Of a stretch of DNA of 13,287 nt, positions 1 to 7,497 are shown piece by piece. The notes under the pieces were generated by a model that was given only the letters and a program-made list of their open reading frames with translations, had not been told where the DNA came from and ran no database searches. Each line of letters opens with the position of its first letter. Position 1 is the first letter of the stretch. The stretch is taken from contig JANNBC010000030.1 of assembly GCA_031385045.1 (NCBI GenBank), positions 1-13,287 of the forward strand, given 5' to 3'. The translations under genes were made by a program, and so were the position numbers. Source of the DNA: a bacterium (GTDB lineage: Bacteria; Bdellovibrionota_C; UBA2361; CALJRW01).

Positions 1-156
1 TTCTAGATCTATAACTTCAGTCTGATTAAGCTTTTCTTTGTTTTGGAAAAAAGATAAATTGGGTATCCCAAGTAGAGAACATAAACAAAGGGCAATTAGC
101 AGAGAAATGCTGGATAGCAGAGTAGGAAATTTAAATTTGCCGTTAGATATTGGCAT
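1..156 (-). CDS. 5' part of a membrane-anchored or exported protein, truncated by the left window edge
   Basis: Hand translation from ATG at 156 gives MPISNGKFKFPTLLSSISLLIALCLCSLLGIPNLSFFQNKEKLNQTEVIDLE, open to base 1. Basic N-terminus followed by a hydrophobic helix. SD-like AAGGT upstream. Not in the ORF track. Confidence 0.7.
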   Translation of the reverse strand, partial: MPISNGKFKFPTLLSSISLLIALCLCSLLGIPNLSFFQNKEKLNQTEVIDLE

Positions 157-369
157 AGATTAACCTTTAAAAAACCAAGCGGCAAAAATCCTAAACTATT
201 CAGTTAGAGTTCTAGAAATTATCTTCGGAGGATATTTATAAAAAGTTTATACCTAAGCCTCTATATTTGTTATGGTTAAAAGGAAGTCTGTGTGTCTTTC
301 GAGTGATATTATCCAATATAGCATAGAATCGCTATTAGAATGCAGGGGCTAGAATTAGTGAGTAGTAAT

Positions 370-400
370 GATTAAGCCAGGAAGTCTCCCTGGCTTAATC
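370..400 (-). terminator. Intrinsic terminator-like hairpin downstream of the 116-aa gene
   Basis: Perfect 12-bp inverted repeat GATTAAGCCAGG (370-381) / CCTGGCTTAATC (389-400) with a 7-nt loop, 17 nt past the stop at 418. The U-tail is weak on the minus strand. Confidence 0.7.
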
Positions 401-417
401 TTTATTTAGGTAAGTTA

Positions 418-768
418 TTATTTTTCACATAATACATTAGATATTGCACCATTATTTCCTTGAACAGATCGATAGCAACCAGCGGCATTTCTAAATCGAA
501 ATGTTGCTTGTCCATTGGTATCAAGAAATCGTACCCGGTTAGATACATTTCTAAAAGTGCCACGACTTGTGTCCGCATGTTGAATATAAACGCCTTCTCC
601 TTCAAGGTTTGTCCCGAGTGCCGTTGTCCTAATGGAACATCCAGCTGTGGTATTCACTAGTCGGCAACCACCAGCAAATTTAATGCTTAAGCTCTCAATA
701 TCAGCATAGGCAGATGAAATGTTGATAGCTACTAGGCTAAGTAAAATAAGTACGCATTTAATTTTCAT
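418..768 (-). CDS. Small secreted hypothetical protein, beta-rich, 4 Cys in the mature part
   Basis: Sec signal peptide MKIK-hydrophobic-AYA|D. GGAG SD just upstream of the ATG. Tandem TAA TAA stops followed by the hairpin. Confidence 0.85.
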   Translation of the reverse strand: MKIKCVLILLSLVAINISSAYADIESLSIKFAGGCRLVNTTAGCSIRTTALGTNLEGEGVYIQHADTSRGTFRNVSNRVRFLDTNGQATFRFRNAAGCYRSVQGNNGAISNVLCEK

Positions 769-989
769 TGTAAATCTCCAAATTTAAATTTAAGAAAATT
801 ACTTTAAATGCTTTTTTAGATGATGTTGTATGATGAGTATCATGCTCTAAGGGGGATGCTTGGAGCTTCTAAAAAGGCATTATTGACGATATAAGTTCAG
901 GAATAGGGGTAATAGGTTACTTTTAAGTATAAACTTATTATTAAAAATTCTTAGTGCGATCTGATTATTCTATAAGTCTGAAGAAACAA

Positions 990-1820
990 TCAATTAAGCG
1001 TAGTTAAGATTCCATCTTTATCTGGATCCTGTCGATAAACTCTTTGATAATACTCAGCTACTCCTTGCTCTAGTTCAGCATAGGGCGCAGTAATGTTTTC
1101 TAATGTTTCCATGCACCAAGGAGTGCGCCCAAATCCCAGCTTATGCCAAACTAGATTATTGGTAAGATAAACAGCAGCGTGGTCCTCCCAACTAGTTAGA
1201 TTATTTCTAGCTCGCCATGCAATGATATTTCCCGTGGTTAGTGATTGACCTTCATCTAGTAGCGAAAAAAAATCTTCTAAGTATCCACGAAAGCCATTTT
1301 TATCAGTTGCTTCAAGTCGGACAGCTGGAGAGTGCCAGATTTGCGTGGCATTAAGACAATTAGCTAAGGTGCCAGTTGGAGGAACTTTTACAATCATTTT
1401 TTGGACGTGTAATGGGAAAAGTTCAGCAAGGGGAAGGCTTGTTGCTCCAGCTGCTAAAGCTAATGATATGGCATGTTGAACTTGCTTTTTATTGGCGCTT
1501 GGAAAATTAGAGAAAACAGCTTCTAGCTGATCAAGATCTTTTTTGGAGATTCTCTCAAGATTAATAATTGGATCCACGCCCATCCGTTTAGTTAAAGTAA
1601 TAACTGAGATGCCAGTAGTGATCATTGGTGGATGACATGCAAATAATTGATCTAATAAAGGTGATTGGTTGTGGATTGGTGGGTAATTTGGAAACGGAAT
1701 GATTAATTTTGTAAGATCTATGTTTGTAGTAGATGCTAAATCCTGCCGATCCTCAGGCGTACTTGTCATCTTAAGTGGTTGGCGTCTGATATTGTTTGTA
1801 TTTAATGAAGTACTACTCAC
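990..1820 (-). CDS. Hypothetical protein with a C-terminal papain-like (NlpC/P60-type) cysteine hydrolase domain
   Basis: Motif order ANCLNA (C155) ... GNIIAW ... DHAAVYL (H214) ... VWHK matches the Cys / GD-hydrophobic strand / H-x-x-h-Y / polar third residue layout of NlpC/P60-like folds. The start is uncertain (GTG 1820 or ATG 1769). Confidence 0.6.
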   Translation of the reverse strand: MSSTSLNTNNIRRQPLKMTSTPEDRQDLASTTNIDLTKLIIPFPNYPPIHNQSPLLDQLFACHPPMITTGISVITLTKRMGVDPIINLERISKKDLDQLEAVFSNFPSANKKQVQHAISLALAAGATSLPLAELFPLHVQKMIVKVPPTGTLANCLNATQIWHSPAVRLEATDKNGFRGYLEDFFSLLDEGQSLTTGNIIAWRARNNLTSWEDHAAVYLTNNLVWHKLGFGRTPWCMETLENITAPYAELEQGVAEYYQRVYRQDPDKDGILTTLN

Positions 1821-2053
1821 GACAAGGATTTATTGATGAATTATTCAGAAAATTAACTATTACAGTTATTGCAAGTTATGGCAATTCTGTTGCAGTATTA
1901 TTTTCTCACTAGTTTTGATAAAAATATAGCAAATAGGGATAGTTAGACGGTGGTAAGGTTGTTAGTTTGGAATAAGAGCCAAGTTTTTTGATGATCTTTG
2001 CTTAAAAATAAAATTTACATAGAATCATTAAAGTAATTTTCAAAAGGACGACT

Positions 2054-2239
2054 ATGGGACAAGGATCAACTACGGTATTAACAATTGGCTTACCTGCTGG
2101 CGCAGAACAAGAATTATTAAAACCAGAGATGCTAGTTAAACTTAATGCCAGCCTAGCCGAGGCAGACATGCCACCAGTGATCTTGATTCGTTCCGTTTCA
2201 CAAGAGCCAATAGAAGAGCGCGTTCCTAAAGATCAGTAA
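2054..2239 (+). CDS. Small 61-aa hypothetical protein
   Basis: Strong SD (AAAGGA) just before the ATG. It overlaps no other gene, has protein-like composition, and converges on the ATP-grasp gene. Confidence 0.65.
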   Translation: MGQGSTTVLTIGLPAGAEQELLKPEMLVKLNASLAEADMPPVILIRSVSQEPIEERVPKDQ

Positions 2240-2309
2240 AAGAGAAAATATTCAATAGATCGGAATAGCTAAGTTCATCAGTATTGTACAATGGGCTTAT
2301 TGTAAAAGT

Positions 2310-4664
2310 TTAATGAATCATTACGTCGAATAGATATCTAATCTGTTCTTTAATTCTTAAAATTCGATAATTGGGCTTTGCTTTTTCTAGGGCTTTGGCA
2401 AGTCTGGCTTCTTGTAGTTCAGTCTTTTTGGGGGCTAAGATGTTTTCAGGGATAGTTAAGTCAGAATAATTATTATCAAATAGATTTTTTGTTTTTATTA
2501 ATCTTATTTCAGCAGCAATCGGTAGCCAGAATTTTTTAATTAATGACTTAATTGCCAAACGGCTTCTCGGTGTTGATAGTAAGTATGCAACAAGATTAGG
2601 TGAATAATTTTCAGGAATGGGTGAAGATTCTATTTCTACAATTAGACTCTTAAATAATTTCTTATCTCCATTGGCAAGAGCTACAATTAAAATTTGATTT
2701 TGAAGGTTGGAAATTTGCTCTCTCGTTAAGGTACAATCAGGGGATTTGATAACATCTTTGACGTATCTCACAGCCTTTTTATAGTCTCCGGAGCGATAGA
2801 AAAGAGCTGTTCTAAGACCAACTAGACTAAAGTTATTATTCTTTGGATCGAAAAAATTACTAAGGCGTAATGCCGTGTCGTTGTCGCCCATTGCAAAATA
2901 GAAAAAGGCAGTTAATTCATTGACAATTGGTGCCGGGTATTTAGGTAAACAAGATCCAAGTGTTAGAAGGTCGCATAGGCTTAGTTGGGTTTGTGGTCTA
3001 GTAAAATAGTGACTGGCAAAACAAGTTAAAAATCCTTTTGCGCTGTGAGCTGATTCTGAGTAACGTAAGATTGCTAACTCTAAAGTCTGACGATTAGTTT
3101 CTTTCTCGCAAATTATACGATGATAATAACTAGCAAGTTCCTCAGATCTTTCTCCATGTTTAAAAGTAAATTCTAAGACATTGATATCAATGTTTGGGTT
3201 ATCCCAGAAATGATAATCTAATAAGATTCTATTAACTAATTCTGCTTGTTGGGGATTTTTAGATAGATAGGCATCAAGTTTTACTAAGAGCTGTTCAAGT
3301 GCGGGTTCTCTCTGATCATCTTCTTGTCGATTAAGTTGATTTAAAATAGCGGGGACTTTTTTCAGTAACAATTGATCAATTGATATTGGTTCTGTTACTT
3401 GTTTGCTCGCTATGGTTCTTCCTGCTGATTTACTAATTTTGCTAGTAATTTTATGAGCAATCATTAGTGGAGCGCTCAACTTTGACTCTAGGTCAGTTCT
3501 AATTTCAGCGAGCGATGATATACCACCAAGTAGGCCAGCATTAATTTCAATGAGGTGTAATTTTAATTGCTGATCAATAATGACATCTAAGCCAAGAAAA
3601 CCTTCTGGGAGACTTTTTGTTATTGCTGAGAATAATTTTTTAAGTTCTTGATGGATTGCCTCAATTGCTGGAGCGGTTTCCAAGATTGTACCAAGAAATG
3701 TTTCTGGGACAAACTCTTCGATGATTGCTCCTGTCGCTTTATTGACTGCTTGTCCATCACGGGCTGTTCTAACTTCTAGATCGATTAACTCTCCGTCTAG
3801 AACTAATACACGTAGGTTCCAGTCAAGTCTTTGTCCGACGATATCATACCTGGCTAAGCTCTCGATCTTCGGTTGTACCAAAACATTTTCGTGATTTTCT
3901 ACAGCTAAAATTAAATCTTCTGTTTGCCCATAGATGTCAGCTAATTCAATAATTTTTACTCCTTGCCCTTGAGCACCTTGAGTCGGTTTGATTACAAGTC
4001 TTGTATTGCGGGGAATAGTGTCGAGTGCTTCTTCCAAATTCTTTGAACTAACCACGATACTATCTGGAAATGGTAAATTTAAACAAACACTTTCAGTGAG
4101 TGCTTTATCGTTACAAATTTTTTGCACCTCGGTTGGGGTAAGTTGTGGACAGCCAGTTTTACTTGCTAGACTATTAATAATTGTATCATTTAAGTGTGAC
4201 ATCATTAGATCGATCGTAACTGGTTTTGGAAATCTTCCAATTTGTACTTTGCCTTCCTCTGTGATGATGATGCCTGATAATATTGCTAGTTGAGTTCCAA
4301 GATTTGTTTTCTGAATTAGAATTTGACCTGGCTGATAGCTAGCATAGATAAAATTAATTGCTAACTTTTGGGTTGATGCTGCGTAGGCCATCAGTTCGTC
4401 ACCACAAAAACCACCATGGTCAAAGATTACGCAGGTTGGGTGTTCCTGGTTGATCTTAATTATTGGTAGTTTATTTGGAAGTTGCGGGATAAGAACATTA
4501 GACAGGTCTAGTTTTAAAGCAAGATTTTGAGTAATTTCAACTGCTTTGGAATGTAAGGCGAGGAGGAATTGTCGATCGCTTTCCAAGAATTTGCGCATTT
4601 GATTTTCTATCAAATTTGGAATTGGGTGGTTAGTAATTATTGGTTCTTGGGCAGTAATTGGCAT
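2310..4664 (-). CDS. ATP-grasp amide/peptide ligase (RimK / YheC-D-like) with a C-terminal TPR-like helical region
   Basis: ATP-grasp motifs over about aa 185-380: NDK, LVIKPTQGAQGQGV, VLVQPKI, NLRVLV, R-x-A...VN, GLDVII...LIEIN. TPR-like repeats in the C-terminal half (AFFYFAMGDNDTALRL; ALFYRSGDYKKAVRYVKDVI). Confidence 0.85.
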   Translation of the reverse strand: MPITAQEPIITNHPIPNLIENQMRKFLESDRQFLLALHSKAVEITQNLALKLDLSNVLIPQLPNKLPIIKINQEHPTCVIFDHGGFCGDELMAYAASTQKLAINFIYASYQPGQILIQKTNLGTQLAILSGIIITEEGKVQIGRFPKPVTIDLMMSHLNDTIINSLASKTGCPQLTPTEVQKICNDKALTESVCLNLPFPDSIVVSSKNLEEALDTIPRNTRLVIKPTQGAQGQGVKIIELADIYGQTEDLILAVENHENVLVQPKIESLARYDIVGQRLDWNLRVLVLDGELIDLEVRTARDGQAVNKATGAIIEEFVPETFLGTILETAPAIEAIHQELKKLFSAITKSLPEGFLGLDVIIDQQLKLHLIEINAGLLGGISSLAEIRTDLESKLSAPLMIAHKITSKISKSAGRTIASKQVTEPISIDQLLLKKVPAILNQLNRQEDDQREPALEQLLVKLDAYLSKNPQQAELVNRILLDYHFWDNPNIDINVLEFTFKHGERSEELASYYHRIICEKETNRQTLELAILRYSESAHSAKGFLTCFASHYFTRPQTQLSLCDLLTLGSCLPKYPAPIVNELTAFFYFAMGDNDTALRLSNFFDPKNNNFSLVGLRTALFYRSGDYKKAVRYVKDVIKSPDCTLTREQISNLQNQILIVALANGDKKLFKSLIVEIESSPIPENYSPNLVAYLLSTPRSRLAIKSLIKKFWLPIAAEIRLIKTKNLFDNNYSDLTIPENILAPKKTELQEARLAKALEKAKPNYRILRIKEQIRYLFDVMIH

Positions 4665-5086
4665 TTTGAAAGTTTCTCATCATGTACATTCTTAATCAAA
4701 TTTTCGAAGAATAATGATTAAATTAGTAAGAGCTCCTGAGAGAAAATATCAATGGAGTAGGGCGGTTGTTTGTAATCACTATTCAAAGACCTTAACTTTT
4801 GACTTCAGACTGTTTTTTAGGTTTCTCTTTTTAGGAGTATTGAGCTATCTAAAAGTGACTATTACAAATAAAGACATAGAGTTAAGTTATCCTTAATATT
4901 TCATTTTTCGTTAGTTTCAATTTTAGGAACTAAGCATGATATAGTAAAACCAGAAAATATTTTCAGTAAAATACTTGCCTTCACTCTAAAGGAAAATTAC
5001 AAGTGTAAGTTAGAAATTATAAGCTGGGTTGATAAACCTTCGGTTTAACAGAGTTTTATAGGTTTTACTATCTTTGTCTCTGGGCT

Positions 5087-5115
5087 ACCTCCTTCGTCTT
5101 TCAAGCTTCGGAGGT
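5087..5115. repeat. GC-rich REP-like palindromic element
   Basis: ACCTCC / GGAGGT stem. The minus strand reads ACCTCC-GAA-GCTTGAAAGAC-GAA-GGAGGT (symmetric GAA/GAA internal loop). It stands out from very AT-rich intergenic DNA. Single copy in this window. Confidence 0.45.
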
Positions 5116-5223
5116 TAAACCCGCTGGTCGCAATATAGTAATGATCTTATATTTATAATTTCCTATCGGAAATTACTTTCTGTCATTATTATAGTATTTT
5201 ATACTTTAATTAGCTTATCACTA

Positions 5224-6375
5224 ATGGACAAAAAAATAGTTAATGATTTCAGTAAAAACTTTACCATTGCTTTTGCCATCAGTTTCTTAATTGCTTTAGT
5301 GACAAGTGTTTTATGGAGTAGGGCAGCAGAAGACTCCTTATCTTTTTGGCTAGCATCTTGTAATTTAGAGGTTAATATTAGTAATGCTTTCTGTAGTGTA
5401 ATTCGACCAGAGCGTTTAATGGTTGGGAAAAAAGTCTTAGAGACTTATCCTAAGTGGACAACTTTCCTATTTTATTTTCCAGCAAGGATTGAGTTTCAAC
5501 AATTTTCGTATTTCAACAAATTTTTAGGAGTTACTGCATTTAGCCTTTCCTTTGCAATCATAGCTTGGCTCAATAAGTTTAAAGTCGACAGTCGTCTATC
5601 ACTTGCACTAGTTTTTACAAGTTTATCAATGTTTGTTCCATTAAGAGATATGTTTCGGTCTGGTCAAATATCTTGGATCCAATTACTAAGCTTAGTTTTT
5701 TTCTTAATCTTTTTTCATCAAAATAGTTTTTCAGAACAATTTCATAAATATCGCTTATTACTAGCAGGATTATTCCTCGCAGTTAGCGCTATTAAGCCAC
5801 AAGCGTTGTATTTGTTATACTTTTATTTGTTAGTTATTAGTTTGAAAAGGTATCAGCTCCTTAGTAAAGTATTTTTAATTTTTTTGATTTGTCTCGGAAT
5901 TTTAATAATTTTTAAGACTGATCCTATTGCGAATCAAGCAGTCTTGAATTCTTTGACTTTCAAACTACAACCATTCTTTTATTGGCGACAACCAGTTTTA
6001 GCAGATTTATTTTTTCCAAAAAATCCGTCTGCTCGAATCCTTTTTTTGTTTTTAACATTAGCTTGCTCCGCGATTTATTTTCAAACTTTAAGAAACTCTT
6101 ATTTAGCAATCATCTTAATTGTTGTGCCACTTAGTCTTTTAACCACTCCTTATGGATTTAGTTATGATTTTATTTTATTACTGCCAGCACTAGTCTATCT
6201 TTTGAGTAATAAATATTTTCAAACCCACTTAATTTTGTTTTTAATGCTAGCCTTAGGTATTAACTATGCTTCTGATTTAATTCAAAAAAGTTGTATTGTT
6301 TATCCAATATTTATCTTGATTTTAGGTTTGTGGGCTTATTATCGAGAGAATCGAATTATATATGGGAAATCATAA
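5224..6375 (+). CDS. GT87 / DUF2029-like polytopic membrane glycosyltransferase (GT-C fold)
   Basis: Many TM helices plus family-like motifs YPKW (YPP-like), GQISW, AIKPQ and PYGFSYDFILLLP. Confidence 0.75.
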   Translation: MDKKIVNDFSKNFTIAFAISFLIALVTSVLWSRAAEDSLSFWLASCNLEVNISNAFCSVIRPERLMVGKKVLETYPKWTTFLFYFPARIEFQQFSYFNKFLGVTAFSLSFAIIAWLNKFKVDSRLSLALVFTSLSMFVPLRDMFRSGQISWIQLLSLVFFLIFFHQNSFSEQFHKYRLLLAGLFLAVSAIKPQALYLLYFYLLVISLKRYQLLSKVFLIFLICLGILIIFKTDPIANQAVLNSLTFKLQPFFYWRQPVLADLFFPKNPSARILFLFLTLACSAIYFQTLRNSYLAIILIVVPLSLLTTPYGFSYDFILLLPALVYLLSNKYFQTHLILFLMLALGINYASDLIQKSCIVYPIFILILGLWAYYRENRIIYGKS

Positions 6376-6520
6376 AGCCTGCTAATGCTGATTATAGGTG
6401 TCGTTTGATCAGAGATCTAAGTTTGGTAGTTATAAAGCTCAACCTACTTAGAATACATATGGGTCTGCCCTGCGTGAATAGAGCCAGTTAAAATGATAGA
6501 CTATTTTAACTGGAGGATCT

Positions 6521-6784
6521 ATGAAAAAGCGATATACAGAAGAACAAATTGTAAAAATCTTGCAAGAAGTGGAACAAGGAGGCAGTGTTCGTGATACCTG
6601 CCGTAAACATAATGTAGCAGAACCAACCTTTTACCGTTGGCGCCAAGTCTACGGTGGCATGGAAGTAAATGATGTTCGTGAGCTTAAAAACCTAAAACTA
6701 GAAAATGCTAGGCTAAAAAAGTTAGTAGCAGAACAAGCGTTAGAAAATGCCATGTTAAAGGAACTTAACTCAAAAAAGTGGTAA
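6521..6784 (+). CDS. IS3-family transposase OrfA (HTH + leucine zipper)
   Basis: MKKRYTEEQIVKIL...CRKHNVAEPTFYRWR..YGGM...LENARLKKLVAEQAL is the IS407-type OrfA pattern. GGAGG SD. Confidence 0.93.
   Translation: MKKRYTEEQIVKILQEVEQGGSVRDTCRKHNVAEPTFYRWRQVYGGMEVNDVRELKNLKLENARLKKLVAEQALENAMLKELNSKKW
6772..6778 (+). other. -1 programmed ribosomal frameshift heptamer A AAA AAG
   Basis: TCA AAA AAG TGG TAA at the end of orfA. orfB lies in the -1 frame, as is typical of IS3. Confidence 0.85.
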
Positions 6785-7360
6785 GCCTGCAAGATCGTAA
6801 GCAGGCTGCTAATTATTTAGTTAAGAACTTTGCAGTCTCGGCAAGATTTAGTTACAAATTATTAAAACTTCGGCGGAATACTTTTAACTATCAAACAAAG
6901 GTTAATAGATCTGACTTAAGAAAGCAGGTTTGTGATTTATCTTACGAGCGTCCTCGTTGGGGATATCGTTAGATAACTGATTACTTAAAGATCCGAGGAG
7001 TTCAGGTTTGTAAAGAAACTATTCGCTCAATTAGAAAACAATCTGGCTTACAAGTTAAACGAAAACAGCACAGGAGAAGAGTTTCAAGAAGCAAGCCAAC
7101 TCTCCGCCAAGCAGAATCCTTTTATCGAATCTTTCAATTCAATACTAAGGGATAATATTTTAAATCGTTACTTGTTTCTAACACCAAAAGAAGCACAATC
7201 GATAATTAACAATTTCAAGTCAGAGTATAATACTGAGCGTCCGCATGGAGCTCTAGGTGGAATTACTCCGCAGATGTTTGTGGATAATTGTTTACAGAAA
7301 AAACTTTGCGCTTTAATACCGAGAAAAACTATGGGAATCTATCATCAACACTGGCTCTAA
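6778..7360 (+). pseudogene. IS3 transposase OrfB pseudogene (nonsense codon plus internal deletion)
   Basis: RPRWGYR then TAG (6970-6972). The frame continues ITDYLKIRG...GLQVKRKQHRRR...RQAE, then jumps frame at about 7111 into QNPFIESFNSILRD...YNTERPHGALGGITP. The W-x-x-D and SDNG catalytic Asp motifs are absent. Confidence 0.9.
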
Positions 7361-7497
7361 AACGCGCGACTACGCCGTGCTTCTCTAAAAAAGAGAACTC
7401 AATTCTCATGTTTTAAGGTTATGCACCCGATATTGCATTAAGTACGATCGTTCTTTGCTGTTGCTAGCGTGTATAGAGTTTCGTAAAATCAAAAATA

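Larger units (their letters stand above)
6460..7366 (+). mobile_element. Degenerate IS3-family (IS407-like) insertion sequence
   Basis: Left end TGGGTCTGCCCTGCGTGAATAGAGCCAGT (6460-6488). Partial right IR ACTGGCTCTAAAACGCG (7350-7366), with an exact 10-bp match to the inner left IR. orfA/orfB layout with an A6G slip site. The outer right IR and a target duplication are not recognisable. Confidence 0.9.

Noticed and set aside
402..660. ORFs 402-605 (-) and 460-660 (+)
   Set aside because: Shadows of the 116-aa gene, which has the SD, signal peptide and terminator.
2054..2239. Canonical graspetide (microviridin/plesiocin-type) precursor
   Set aside because: No PFFARFL-type leader, no TxKYPSD or repeated core motifs, and it is on the opposite strand to the ligase. 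Kept only as a speculative substrate.
2283..2304. Bidirectional terminator between the convergent genes (TACAAT-GGGCTT-ATTGTA)
   Set aside because: Only a 6-bp AT-rich stem, too weak to call.
3988..4293. 101-aa plus-strand ORF
   Set aside because: Antisense shadow of the ATP-grasp gene.
4714..4896. 60-aa intergenic ORF, and the imperfect inverted repeat TTTGTAAT-CACT / AGTG-ACT-ATTACAAA (4769-4868)
   Set aside because: No SD and no recognisable motif. The inverted repeat is AT-rich and plausible by chance.
6416..6452. Integron attC site (TCTAAGT...ACTTAGA imperfect hairpin)
   Set aside because: Too short, the cores are not RYYYAAC/GTTRRRY, and there is no integrase or second site. It may be a weak terminator for the GT gene.
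6291..6491. 66-aa ORF
   Set aside because: Overlaps the end of the GT gene and runs into the IS left end; spurious.
7420..7440. Sigma-54 promoter upstream of the pilin (ATGCACCCGATATTGCA)
   Set aside because: It lacks the invariant GG at -24, and the GCAC-to-TTGC spacing is 6 nt rather than 5.
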